Source: Octopus sinensis (Eukaryota). Taken from it: DNA of 64,000 bases. Below the pieces are notes generated by a model. It saw only the letters and a list, made by a program, of their open reading frames with translations, was not told the DNA's origin and searched no databases. The stretch covers positions 9,548,001 through 9,612,000 of the forward strand of contig NC_043022.1 of assembly GCF_006345805.1 (NCBI RefSeq). The letters run 5' to 3'. Shown here piece after piece: positions 23,897-37,100 of this stretch; the first letter of the stretch is position 1; every line of letters starts with the position of its first letter. Position numbers and translations under genes: made by a program.

Positions 23897-24947
23897 TATA
23901 TATATATGTATATATGTATGTGTGTGTGTATATGTTTGTGTGTCTGTGTTTGCCCCCCTCCCAACATCGCTTGATAACCGATGCTGGTATGTTTACGTCC
24001 CCATAACTTAGTGGTTCGGCAAAAAGAGACCGATAGAATAAGTACCAGGCTTACAAAGAATAAGTCCTGGGGTCGATTAACTCAACTAAAGGCAATGCTC
24101 CAGCATGGCTGCAGTCAAATGACTGAAACAAGTATAAGAGAGTTAGATGCTTTCTCAGATAGGTGTAAACTGTCTTAATGTTTTGCTTGTCCAGACAGTT
24201 TTCAGGAGTTAATCCTAACCATCTACGCTTGTTTTTAGACATTTCCCTCTCTCCCTTTAGAATTGCTGGCTTTGTGCCAAATTAAAAAGAAAGTAAAATG
24301 AGTAAAAAAAAATATAACGAAGTCACAGCTGGAGCATCTTTGATCATATATCTACCGAAACAGGACTGTCTTAACACTTTACTTGCCCAAAGCATCCACA
24401 CTTTTGGTTTAACCTCGTTTCTTATGTCCTGAGTTCCTTTCATAAGTCCCAGGTTTTCTCTGGTGGTTGAAAAAAAATGGGAATGTGTATCATATATGAT
24501 GCATGGATGCCAAAGACACATGTCTTGTGTATCACATGATGCACTGGCTGTGTGGTAAGAAGTTTCCTTCCTAACCACATGGTGCCAGCTGTAGAAATGA
24601 GTTGCGACATCACTGGTGCCAAGCTGTATCAGCCTTTACCTTTCCCCTTGGATAACGTCTGTGGGATGGGGATGGGAAACTGGTAGGCATGGGTGAATGC
24701 TGGTCTTCCATAATCAACCTTGCCTAGACTTGTGCCTCAGAGGGGAACTTTCTAGATGCAATCCCAAGCTTGCTTGTGAGATTAGCATGCAAGTGGCTGA
24801 GCACTCCACAGACACGCATACCCCTTTTTACATATTTCTCAGGGAGATTCAGCATGACACAGAGTGTGACAAGGCTGGCCCTTTGAAATCCAGGAACTAC
24901 TCATTTTTGCCAGCTGAGTGGACTGGAGCACTGTGAAATAAAATGCC

Positions 24948-24988
<41 letters not shown>

Positions 24989-25769
24989 GTACTTTGGAGG
25001 GGAACTTTCTAGTTGTGATCTCATGGTCATTTGTGACCAAAAGGTGTCTTTCACTCTTTTGCCATCCAAGTTGTGAAGGGACCTAGCTTAGTAGCTAAGG
25101 TGTTCAGTCCCCAAACGGGGTCATTTTACAATCTTTCTTGTGTATCACATGTGACACACACGGCGGGTAAAGGGTTAGTCAGTATAAGGCATCCCTTGCA
25201 AATTCAATTTGTTGTAAGTATTTCGACTTGTCTTTCATCAGTGTTGTATCCACGAGGGGAGAAGTAGTAGGTAAGTGTGCTTGGGGTCAAGACCTAGCTT
25301 CTGGAAATAAACCAGGCGCAGCAGAGGGGATTAAATTACTGTGTCTGCAATACCATCCATCAGATTAATCTGTTAATCTATCAAATCAACAACCGTGTAA
25401 TTGTTTGACGTGCTAGAAATAGCAGCCAAATCTCCTTCAAATAACAGTAAAAATGAAGGAGGAATATCGGACAATATAGTCCTTCATAAAGAATTGATGT
25501 CATGGTCACAGCATAGGCCTGCTTGAGTAGTACTGACCTGGGGCTAAACAGAAACCAAATCAATAATTAGCATGGATTTGATTGGCTGTAATACTTCCTC
25601 TCTGACAGAACTGGTCTTGAATCTATGTAACAAATCAATAATTTTAATTTCTCACGTGAAATATAGCTGTAATTGAACCAGCAGTATTGCACTAAATGTA
25701 TTGCCAGGCCATTGTGGAGACAACCGGACCAGCTGTGCTGCACTTAGCTGCATTGCAAGAGAGTGGAGG

Positions 25770-25975
25770 TTTGTGGCTTAGTGTTGGACTTATGATTGTA
25801 AGATTATGGTTTCAGTTCTTGGTCAGGGCAATGCATTGTCTTCTTGAGCAAAATACTTCATTACATATTGCTGCAGTTGACTCAACTCGTAAAACCGAAT
25901 AACCCTGTGACAGACTGGTGTCCTGTCCAGGGGGCCGATATCCACCATGGAAACTTGGGAAACTATCCCTATGAG
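25770..25975 (+). mobile_element. SINE family E-like, old; similar copies near 35925-36150 and 62730-62820
   Basis: GTGGCTTAGTG head, AACCCTGTGACAGACTGGTGTCCTGTCCAGGG core. Confidence 0.6.
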
Positions 25976-26850
25976 TCTTTTTTATTTCTCTTTTACTTGT
26001 TTCAGTCATTTGACGGCAGCCATGCTGGAGCTACCGCCTTTAGTCGAACAAGTTGACCCCAGGACTTATTCTTTGGAAGCCTAGTACTTATTCCATCGGT
26101 CTCTTTTGCTGAGACGCTAAGTTACGGGGATGTAAACACACCATATTTATAGCATAAAAGGGCACATTGGATTAATGTAGCTTAGGGTAGACAGGCTAGG
26201 TCCATTTAATCAGGGATGACCAGGAAGCGTTAAACAGCAACAATAATCTGGCTGTTTATGATTGTTTAGAAGAGATAAATGATGGGTGTAAAAAAATCAG
26301 TAGAGTGCTAATATAACTATTTCGTGCTATTAGTGATGTCCTGAGTTGGAATTAAGCCAAAGAGCACAATTCTCATGAAAGTTACATCAAAACAGGTTTC
26401 CAAAATTTTTTAGAATGCCCAGAAAAAAAATCACTAATATACCTGTAAATGTATCACCATTAAGACAGCAGAGAAATTGGGTATAACTACCTTTACAAAG
26501 CAGAAAAAAGCTCTCTTGCAAAGTTGTCTGTATTGTATGATACACATTCGGTGCTTCTAAAAAAAAAACCCCAAAGGAAACAAATGTAAGTTTGTTTATA
26601 TACACACGTGCTGTAAATGTAATTGAAAATGGTTCATTTTCAACCAGATATCATTTTTGAGACAATTTCTTCTAGATATAGAAAATATTTGTCTTGAAAA
26701 TATCACCTCCATTTTTGGTCAAAGTGTCTACTCATTTGTAAGTTGGAAAAATCTTGATTTTAGGAAGATTTGGTTGCTATTCCTAGCAGATTTAATAGCT
26801 GCATGGAGGATCTTTTGTTTCCTTGAATGTAGGCATATGTTATTTTGTCC

Positions 26851-27065
26851 GAAGGTGGCGAGCTGGCAGAATTGCTAGCATGCTAGGCAAAATGCTTAGA
26901 GGTGTTGTGCCTGTCTTTACGGTCTGAGTTCAAATTCCACCAAGGTTGATTTTGCTTTTCATTCTTTCGGGGTCAATAAATTAAGTACCAGTCAAGTTCT
27001 GGGGCTGGCTGTGATTGACTTTTCCCCCTCTCCCAAAATTTCAGTCCTTGTGCCTATAGTAGAAA
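26851..27065 (+). mobile_element. SINE family B
   Basis: AAGGTGGCGAGCTGGCAGAA...GAGTTCAAATTCC...GTGCCTATAGTAGAAA. Confidence 0.8.
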
Positions 27066-27699
27066 AAGTTATTTCATTCTAGGTCAACACTGATCAAGCA
27101 GACATTATCAAAGACACTCCAGCCATGACTATCCCATAACAGTGAGTTTTTTTATAGCGACCAAATGTTTGTACTGTACATTAGCTCTCAGTCCCTCCAT
27201 CAAATTGATAGTAACAGTTCAGGTGAATAGTGTGCCACATGTCAGGTGTCAAAATCATTGCAGAGTGAAGTGAAATGAAGTGTTTTGCTCAAGAACACAA
27301 TGCACTGCCCAGTCCAAGAATTGAGACCATAATCTTGCAATTGTAAGTGTAACACTTTAACTACTAGGCCATATGTCCTCTGTATGTATCCAGGACTGCA
27401 TTATCCAATGTGTCTTTGCCTATTTTAAGATAGTTGGGTGTGCTGGTTTGAGGGAGATTTGGTTGCTGTTTCTAGCTCATATAACAACCAAAGAGTTATT
27501 TTAAATTGTTCTTTACATGCCAAACAGTTGAAACAAGACAGATGTTGAGTCTAAGAACTCTTGTTTATAGAGTACTCGTTATAGAGTTCCCCTTCATAAA
27601 TTAAGTCTAAATGAGCCAATGAAGGGGTTTCAAAGTGGCTGGTTGACCTGCTAGAAATAGCAACTAAATTGTTCCCAAATCATATCCAGTACACAAATA

Positions 27700-28081
27700 G
27701 GATGCTGAATGCACTTTTGCCAAAGGACAAGAAGCTGAACAGACACAATGCTGAACAGACATAAAGCCAAATTGAACAAGATGCTGAAAAGACATACGAA
27801 GATTAAAATTTAATCTCGTTAAATCTTAAGTGCCAAATTGGTGAATTGATCATTATAGTATGTGAGTAGGAATGTTTTTTTGGAGCCTGATGCAGCCTTC
27901 TGGCTTCCCAGATCCCCGGTCGAACCGTCCAACCCATGCTAGCATGGAGAACGGACGTTAAACGATGATGATGATGATGATGATGATTGTGTCCATTTGG
28001 CTGTATGTGTGTTCGGCATTGTGTCCGTTCAACTTCTTGACTTCAGCTTCTTGTTCTTCAGCAAAAGTGCATTCAGCATCC
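27700..28081. repeat. Long imperfect inverted repeat (80-90-bp arms) enclosing an RTE 3' tail
   Basis: GGATGCTGAATGCACTTTTGC...CCAAATTGAACA (27700-27779) versus the reverse complement of 27990-28081. Confidence 0.8.
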
Positions 28082-28964
28082 TGTCCACTCTCATCACATC
28101 CAACTGTCTTTAAAAAAACAGAGACATATTGGGTGGTATAGTTCCAGAGGTTAAAAAACAAACAAACAAACAATGACTGGATGGTCATTGCAAGAACGTC
28201 TGTGATCAGAGGCCTGCTCGATCAGGACTTGCTTGAGGCTGAATAACCATGACGACAACAGCAACAACTGAAAGTTTACGAACTGCTGTTTTCCAACTGT
28301 ACTTATTCACACAATTGAGAACATTTAAAAAGTGATTAACTGGGTTGGTGGATTTAGCTTTAGCTAAAATAATTATAAATCATCATCATCATCATCATCA
28401 AATATCTGTTTTCCATGCTGGTGTTGGTTGGATGGTTTGGCAGGAGATGGCAAGCCAGAAGACTGTACCAGGTTCCACATACCGTTTCCATGGCTTAATG
28501 CCCCTCCTGATAACAGCTTTACAGAAATGTACTGGGTGCTTTTTACTTGGCACCAGTGGCATTGAGGTCACTGAGTAATTTGCAAGATAAGCGACCCTCT
28601 CGAATGAGGAGGGGGAGAGTTGTATTGAGGGACAAATTGATGTTTTGCAATAGAGGAGAAACATACCTAAAATAGTATATATATATTATAACCTAAATAT
28701 TACACGCACCCTGTCACATATTCATCATCATCATCATACTTCCACTTTTCCATGTTTGCATGGGTTGGATGGAGTTTATTGAGGGATTTTTTACAGCTGG
28801 ATACCTTTCCTGTCACCAACCTTATGGCTAGAGATGCTTTTCACAGAAGGTGGGAAATGAACAAATTTGCTTGTATGGTGATAATGCTCACTTACAGCCA
28901 TTATGTGATGTCTTGACAAGGCTACACAAAACACACACATTCTCTCGAAAAAACATACATACAT

Positions 28965-29455
28965 ACATCATCATTTAACGTCCACTTTCCATGCTGGCAT
29001 GGGTTGGGTGGTTTGACATAGAGCTGACCAGCTGGGAGCTGTCCAGACACCAAATGTCTGTTGGCATGGTTTCTTTGACTGGATGCCCTTCCTTACACTT
29101 ACCACTCAACAGTGTGCCAGGTGCTTTTTATGTGCCACTGGCATGGGTCTGTTTATGCAGCACTGGCATGGTTGTGTTAATGTAGAACTGGCACAAGTTC
29201 TATTCAAGTGGCCCCAGCACCTGAAAGGACAAGCTTGTCTGTGTAGAAGACAGCGATTTTACTCGGCTTGACGTGTTTTATCAAGTACAGCAAATTGTCA
29301 CATCTCCCACGCCCTTGTCATTTCCTCAGTGAGGCCCAGCATCTGAAGATCCTTCCTCACCACTTCATCCCATGTCTTCCTGGCACTCTCTTTTTCCATG
29401 GGGACCCTCCACAATTAGAGCTTGGAACTTCTTTACACAGCTGTCCTCATCCACA
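28965..29455 (-). mobile_element. 5'-truncated RTE-clade LINE: ORF C-terminus plus family C 3' UTR
   Basis: Minus translation DEDSCVKKFQALIVEG...RKTWDEVVRKDLQMLGLTEEMT...VLDKTRQAE*, continuous with the family C UTR and (GAT)n tail. Confidence 0.8.
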
Positions 29456-29918
29456 CACACACACACATCTTGTGATCAACCAGGATATCGGATGTTGTTA
29501 TGCATCGCTGGTCACAATGCGCTTTGCATCATTTTAGTTTTCAAACGGTGCCACCCTGCTGGCTATGCGAGCAGGCTGACATTGATCGCCATCCCCAATC
29601 GGAAGACTAGTCTGTCACAGGGTTAACCATTTACAACTGAGTGGGCGAGGGCAAAGTGAAATGATGTGTCTTGTTCAAGAACACAATTTGCTGCCTAGTC
29701 TGGGAATCAAATCCACAATCTTTTTCAGAAGTAGGATGTGATTTTTGGGAGATTTATCTCCTGCAGGCTAAGCATGTAGAAGCCCTTTTATTGGTTTATA
29801 TTGTTGTTTGTTAGCCACTGGTCAAGCTGCAGTTGTTTGATCAAGAGCATTCCAGCTATGACTTTCCTCTCTCCTGAAAGTACATTAACTAATGGTGACA
29901 GGCTGTGGTATTTGAGGA

Positions 29919-30151
29919 AAGGCGGCGAGCTGGCAGAATCGTTAGCACGCCGGGCAAAATACATAGCCGTATTTCGTCTGCCGTTACGTTCTGAGTTCAA
30001 ATTCCGCTGAGGTCGACTTTGCCTTTCATCCTTTCGGGGTCGATTAATTAAGTACCAGTTACGCACTGGGGTCGATGTAATCGACTTAATCCGTTTGTCT
30101 GTCCTTGTTTGTCCCCTCTGTGTTTAGCCCCTTGCGGGTAGTAAAGAAATA
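29919..30151 (+). mobile_element. SINE family B, young, 12-bp TSD
   Basis: GGTATTTGAGGA at 29907-29918 and 30152-30163; CpG-rich body. Confidence 0.9.
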
Positions 30152-30372
30152 GGTATTTGAGGAAGATTTGGTTGCTATTTCTTAGCAAGCCAAGCAACTG
30201 TGTTGATACTTGCTTGAGATTTGTTGGCTGATCTAAATATAAATCTTTTCAGCTTGATGTGTATTAGCCTGTTTTGCTTGTCTTGCCCTCAACTTAAGCT
30301 CTTAATCTCCAGCCAGATATTACTTACAAGTTATATACACATGCATAGATATATACATGCATGCATACATAA

Positions 30373-30409
<37 letters not shown>

Positions 30410-30608
30410 TGTATCAATTTCAACACAGAACCGAAAGAGCTATTGATAGTTTCAAGTTTTTATGATACTTTAACAAGCATATTTATAAAATGTATTTTAA
30501 AGCATGAAACTATTGGTAGCTCTTTTAGTTGTGTTTTTAAATTGATATCTATCTCTCATTGGATGGAGTACTTTTTTTTTGTTAATTCTACCTCTATTGG
30601 ATCTTTAA

Positions 30609-30661
<53 letters not shown>

Positions 30662-30667
30662 AGATAT

Positions 30668-30887
30668 TTTCTTTTGCTTCTTTCACTCATTTGACTGTGG
30701 CCATGCTAGAGCACTGTCTTTTAGTTGAAGAAATCAATCCCAAGACTTATTCTTTGTGAGCCTAATACTTATTCTGTCAGTCTCTTTTGCCAAACTGTTA
30801 AGTTATGGGGATGTAAACACACCAACATCGGTTGTCAAGCAATGACGGGGGCGACAAACATAGGCACAAAGACATGCACACACATAA

Positions 30888-30932
<45 letters not shown>

Positions 30933-31345
30933 TATATATTTAACGAAAAGGCGGTGAACTGGCAGAATCCTTAGCATGCCAGGCAAAATGCTTTGTGATA
31001 TTTCGTCCACCGCTGCGTTCTGAGTTCAAATTTCGCTGAGGTCGACTTTGCCTTTCATCCTTTCAGGATCGATAAATTAAGTACCAGTTACGTACTGGGG
31101 TCAATGTAATCGACTTAATCCTTTTGTCTGTCCTTGTTTGTCCCCTCTATGTTTAGCCCCGTGTGGGCAATAAAGAAATAAGATATATATATGATAGGCT
31201 TGTTCAAGTTTCTGTCTACCAAATCCATTCACAAGGCATTGGTCAGCCTGCTGCTATAGCAGAAGACTCTTGTCTAAGGTACCATGCTGTGGGACTGATA
31301 CCGGAACCATGTGGTTGGGAAGCAAGCTTCTTACCACACAGCCAT
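30668..31345 (-). mobile_element. SINE family A with a family B SINE (30946-31183, +) inserted in its central microsatellite
   Basis: A tail about 30668-30930, A head about 31190-31345. Confidence 0.8.
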
Positions 31346-31519
31346 GCAGTGTAACACCGAAAAGGAAAAATTCAATTGTCACCAATTGTGACTGACTGGG
31401 CAGGGTAGGATCTACATTGCTAGAAATAAGAGCTACGTACATATATTTACATATTTCAATTAAGCATTGTGATACTAATAACCTGGTATTAGAACTCAAT
31501 ATATGTTATGTTTCATTAA

Positions 31520-31740
31520 CCCTTTCGTTACCAGCCCGGTTGAAACCGGCTCTGGCTCTGTAGTACAAATGTCTTGTTTTCATAAATTCTGAATTAAAAT
31601 CTTCCACCAAACCTTCGTCACAATTTATGTTCCTAACACTAGCTGAATGATAACGAAGTTATTTTACTAAATTCGTTGTTATATTTAAAGTAATTGAAAG
31701 AAACACAGAGCATCTCAAAATAAATACAGTAACGAAAGGG
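31520..31740 (+). mobile_element. piggyBac-like MITE, 221 bp
   Basis: TTAA|CCCTTTCGTTAC ... GTAACGAAAGGG|TTAA. Confidence 0.9.
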
Positions 31741-32069
31741 TTAAAAACTCCTGGCAGATATTAATTAAGCACCCAGAATAATTCAGGCTTGGTGCTATCA
31801 TGATAATACATTTTATTGTCTCTTTCAATCATTGTCGTTGGAATGTTGACGTCCACTCTTCTATGTATGCATCGGTCAGACAATTTTCTAGATGCAGATT
31901 TTCTGTAGCTGCAGGCCCCTTTTGTCACTAGTCCTCACCGTGCGTGTTTCCAAGTAAGGTAATAGTCCTTCATGGCCAAACATGTCTTTCAAGGACAACT
32001 GGAAATGCAACATTTCTTGTGTGACAATGATGTTTATTTACAATCATCACATGATGTCTAGACAAAGGT

Positions 32070-32124
32070 GTACACACTCTTATCTATCTAGCTGTCTGTC
32101 TGTCTGTTTGTCTATTTATCAAGC

Positions 32125-32169
<45 letters not shown>

Positions 32170-32312
32170 CCTATCTGCCATGCATCTATTTATCTCTCTG
32201 TCTGTCTGTCTATCTATTTGTCTGTCTGTCTATCATGTATCTATCTGTCTGTCTGTCTATTTGTCTATCTATCTATTTGTCTATCTATCTGTCTGTCTGT
32301 CTATCATGTACG

Positions 32313-32405
<93 letters not shown>

Positions 32406-32580
32406 GTCATGTGTCTGTCTGTCTATCCGTTTGTCTGTCTGTCTGCCTGTTTGCGTCTGTCTGTCTGCCCGTTTGTCTGTCTGTCTACCTGTGTGTCTGT
32501 CTGTCTGCCATCTATCTATCTGTCTTTCTATCTATCTCTTCACCTATCTATTTGTCTATCTATCTCCCTACATACCCACC
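32070..32580. repeat. (TCTA)/(TCTG) microsatellite
   Basis: Directly visible. Confidence 0.95.
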
Positions 32581-32997
32581 CACCCACTATGCCAACCTAA
32601 CTGAACCATACCAACATGGAAAAGCCATCATAAAAATAATGATTATGATGATTTTGATTTTAAAATTGATATTTCCCCCCCTCCCCACACACTTGTAATT
32701 GGTTCAAAGTTTTTGGTAATCCTATCACTAGAACTGTAATACTATCATCAATAAATTAGAGTAGGATTAATTAAAGTACCTTTTGATTGAAAACTCTTCA
32801 TGATGTTATCATACATACGTTCAGACAAAGTCTACTTTCTCTTTCTCCTGTTACAGTAAATAAATAAACATTTATATTTATTATGATATCTTTGTATATA
32901 TTATATAGGTCAAATTCTTACTCTAATTAACTGGTTAGCATTCACCATCATCATGTTCATATTCTTTTATACTTTTAATGCTGGGGCACTGCCTTAA

Positions 32998-33220
32998 CCC
33001 TTTTGTTACCATATTTCTGTTGAGATGCTCTGTGTTTCTGTCAATTAATTTTAAATATAATAAGGAATTTAGTAAAATAACTTAGTTATCATTAAGCTAG
33101 TGTTAATGAACATAAATTATGACTAAGGTTTGGTTGAAGATTTTAATTCAGGACTTATGAAAACAAGATAGTTGTACTATAGAGTCAGAGGCGGTTTCAG
33201 GCGGGTTAGTATCAAAAGGG
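32998..33220 (-). mobile_element. piggyBac-like MITE, same family, opposite orientation
   Basis: TTAA|CCCTTTTGTTAC ... GTATCAAAAGGG|TTAA; body is the reverse complement of 31520-31740. Confidence 0.9.
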
Positions 33221-33234
33221 TTAAAAGGGGTTTT

Positions 33235-33568
33235 TAGTTCAACAAATCTACCTCAGGGCTTATTCTTTTTTTTTAAGCCTTGTACTTATTCTATCGGTCT
33301 CTTTTGCTGAACCGCTAAGTTATGGCGATGTAAACACACCAACACTGGTAGTCAAGCGGTGATGGTGAGGGACAAACTCACACACACACACATACACACA
33401 CACACATATTTATATTAAGTTTCTGTCTACCAAATCCATTCACAAGGCTTTGGTTGGCTTGAGGCTGTAGTAGAAGACACTTGCCCAAGGTGCCACACAG
33501 TGGAACTGAACCCGAGACCATACGGTTGGGAAGCAAGCAAGCTTCGTACTGCACAGCCACACCTGCGA
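33235..33568 (-). mobile_element. SINE family A
   Basis: Body and head match family A. Confidence 0.8.
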
Positions 33569-34250
33569 TAAACATATGTATATAAATACACACACACACA
33601 CACACACACAAAATATAGAAAGAGGGAGGGAGAAAGGTAATGATGTAAATAAATATACTTGGGCTAGATATATAAAATATACATACATAAAAACCATGCC
33701 AGAATAGGCCTTGCTGGTGCTGGTGCCACATAATAAGCTCCCAGTGCACTCTGAGGAGTGGTTGGTGTTAGGAAGGGCATCCAACTGTAAAAACCCTGCC
33801 AAAACAGACAGTGATGCCAGTTGCAGTTTTCTGCATAGCCAGCCCCTGTCAAACTATCCAACCCGTGCCAGCATGGAAAATGGACATTAAATGATGATGA
33901 GTGGGACTGGTCCTGCTCTAACCATGTCTACTATTATAATAGACCCTTGCTGCCTTGTGGAATAATTTATTGAGCATTTAAAAAAAGGCTAAAGGAGTAA
34001 TTCCCTAAAGGAAACCCAGAAGGCAGGACACTGAGGCAAAAATGTACTGTTATACTTAACCAACATCTGGCATCCCCTGCACCCCAATGGATGCTGCAAA
34101 TGTGTTGACTTCTCCTTCCTTGGTGGCTTGTCTGTGAGTAGAGAAATGGTAAATGCACTTGGGACCAGACACTTGTTTCAGGAAATATCCAAGGATTAGC
34201 AACGGTGGTTATGTTTCTGTCTTCGCAGTCCCGTTGACAATGATGTAGAA

Positions 34251-34537
34251 TAGAGGTTCTCAACCATTTTTTACCTATGGACCCCTTTGATTACTATTTC
34301 ATTCTGTTTAAAACATGGTTTTATAGAAACATCTTTCAAAATTCCTATTTTGTCTTTCTTGTATTAACTTGTGTTGGTTGAACTATGTAAAGTGTTTGAG
34401 AAAGACATCTAGCTGTTTCTTGCTATACATACCAAAATATTTTCAGGGGCCCTTAAAATACTGTTGTGGATCCCTAATTTACTATATTATTGTGTAGGCC
34501 CTCCAAAATCTCGTATGGACCCGGTTGAGAACCACTG
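34251..34537. mobile_element. hAT (Charlie-like) MITE with 8-bp TSD
   Basis: TAGAGGTTCTCAACC ... GGTTGAGAACCACTG; flanks ATGTAGAA / ACATAGAA. Confidence 0.85.
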
Positions 34538-35589
34538 ACATAGAAGGTCAACTACATCCCTTGAGAAAATGTGTGCTGAACAAAGAACATCTGTATATCA
34601 GTGTTAGTTTCACTATTGCACTATTTTATCTCCACGTGATAGTTGTCTGTCGCTTAGCTCTAGTAGGATAGTTTATTCTACTAATGTCCAACATTGGTGT
34701 TCTATTTAAGTTCAATGTCTGCAACTGGAATATCGAGCACTTAATTCATAAAACTATGTTAAATAGGTACAAGCTGTCCAATAACCTTCATTGTTCTACT
34801 TAATTTCACCATCAAGGCTTGGGGTCCAGTGTGGGGCAAAAGGAGAAGACGACCAAAATGCTATGCAGTAATGCTATGGAACTTGGACCACCAACAAGAT
34901 TGCATATTGAACTTCTTAAGCACACAGCCTCATATGCATGCATCTGAAAGAAGAACAAGATTGTGCGAGATCTATGCCTTTCTCAAGGGCATAGCAGCAG
35001 CAGCAGCAGCAGCAGCAGCATAAGGGATGTGAATTGATTTCACTTATGTTTCGAAGTGGTGTCATGGAAACGGAGTTGATATTCTTCTAATTACTGTCAG
35101 TGACAACAGACAATAAAATTCTGTACATTGGCAAATATTGATTCCTTATGTTATTGGCTCAAGGCCAGACATTTACAAAAGAAGGAAAAAGAAGAAGGGA
35201 TGGGTTTGATACACTTGCCCCTTGTCCTGCTTGCACCCTCGCCTTTCCCTTTTTCCCCTCCCCCAGTATACAAACAGTTTTTAACTATATTGATCTGAGA
35301 AGGTTGAAAGCCAATGAGTTTTGGCAAATGGCGCTCTGGAACTCTATTTATGCAGTCTGTTAGGGTCACCAAAGGCCATTGGTTATTGCCATGCGATCAC
35401 TGACCAATCCTAATCACACTGTTAATGAATGCTACTTCAGTAATTAGAGATATTCATAGGGTATTGTAAACTGTAAAAAAAGGCCCCAAAGTGAGAACAT
35501 CTACACTAATGTTTCTCAACTGTATTTTTTGTTTTTTTCATCTGTGAAACCTTTTCATTCCTATTTTACTCAGTTTGACCCTCATAGCC

Positions 35590-35860
35590 ATTCTCTCCTT
35601 GAGTGACAGGCAGGTTGTCTGATGCTTGTGTACAAAGTGTGATATTGCATGGCAGCCAAACATGGGCTTTGAATACAGAGAATTTGCAAAAGGCTAGAAA
35701 GAAATGCAGTGAGTTTGGTCTGCTGAGTGTGTAAAGGCAAAGCATGGTGCACATGGGGAATGAATAACAAAGCATGGCGCTTAAGGAAAGAGACTGAACT
35801 AGTATGGATATGTGACATGTATGGAAAATGGAAATTGAGTGAAAAAAGTACCAGAAAGAG
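35590..35860 (+). pseudogene. Decayed RTE-clade reverse transcriptase fragment
   Basis: GRLSDACVQSVILHGSQTWALNTENLQ, then frameshift, LERN; resembles the LYGSETW..RLER motif of RTE ORFs. Confidence 0.7.
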
Positions 35861-36759
35861 TTCTAGTCAGCAGTCTTGTTCTTAGGATAGCTGACCAGTT
35901 TCTTTTACAGTCTCATCAAGTGGAGGTTCGTGGCTTAGTAGTTAGGGTATTGAACTCAGGATTGTAAGATTGTGGTTTCAATTCCTGGACCAGGTTACAT
36001 GCGTTTTTGAGTAAAACACAATTTCACATTGCCCTAGTCCACTCAGCTGGCAAAAATGAGTAATCTTATGATGGACTGGCATCTGGGGAATTTATGTGCC
36101 ATGAAACTGGGAAACTGGCCCTTGGGAGTTGGTATGGCTCAAGAAGGTAACCTTTACTTGTTTGTTTCTCTTTCACTCCTACCATTACAACAACAACAGC
36201 AACAACAACATTCTCTGTTTCTCTGAACAGGCTACTAGTGTATCATTGCCATTCTGGATTACTAACACCTCCCTCTTCCTTGCTTTCCCCTGAGACATGC
36301 TCATGCTGAGCATAAGCCATATTGGTCTCAATTCTCAGCAAACCCTGCTGAGATCATAACCGAGCACTAACCCCATCTCGTAGTTGAACCATGAAAAAAA
36401 AAACAAAAACATCATTCTTTTTCTTACTTCATTCTCCATCCTCCACCAAGTTTCTCCTCAGATTTAAGCCTTTCAGTGTTGTTGTATCAAAATTTCTTCA
36501 TTTCCCATTTTAAATATTTCAGTCCACAAACCACCCACCTAAATTAGAAGAAACCCATATCTGTAGTGGCTGGGTTGTTAGTTATTAAGAGGGTGTGACT
36601 TTGAATCATATCCTGTAGTGAGGCCCTGGTTTGAGAGTTCCATGGTTTTGAGGAGTGTAGAATCACTTCTTAGCCACTCTTGTACTCAGGTCTACTCTGA
36701 CCTGGAGCAGTAGCACCTGTAAGGCCTCATCACCATCATCATCATTGTCGTCGTTGTCA

Positions 36760-37100
36760 CTATCATCATTTAACATCTGCTTTCAGTGCTGGCATGGGTT
36801 AGATGGTTTGACTGAAACTGGTAAGCTGAACCATATTCCAGTCTGATCTGGCATGGTTTCTACAGCTGGATGCCCTTCCTAATACCAGCCACTCCTAGAG
36901 TGTAATGGGTGCTTTTAACATGCCACCAGCATGGGTGCCAGTTATGTGACACTGGCATTGGCCACAACTATGATTTCACTTGGCTTGACGAGTTTTCTCA
37001 AGCATAGTGTGTCACCAAAGGTCTTGGTCACTTGTCATCGCTTCTGCGAGGCCTAACATTTGAAGATCATGCTTCACCACCTTCCTGGGTCTACCTCTTC
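36760..37100 (-). mobile_element. 5'-truncated RTE-clade LINE (same family as 29.0 kb)
   Basis: VVKHDLQMLGLAEAMTSDQDLW*..LEKTRQAK* joined to the family C UTR. Confidence 0.75.

Larger units (their letters stand above)
23497..24140 (+). mobile_element. SINE family A with a Penelope-like fragment in its central (TA)n
   Basis: Head to about 23660; body resumes at about 23900. Confidence 0.85.

Noticed and set aside
33970-34200. Possible piggyBac C-terminal cysteine-rich domain (CRGC...PQCP)
   Set aside because: Needs several assumed frameshifts and has no supporting TIR or DDD segment; left unannotated pending TBLASTN.
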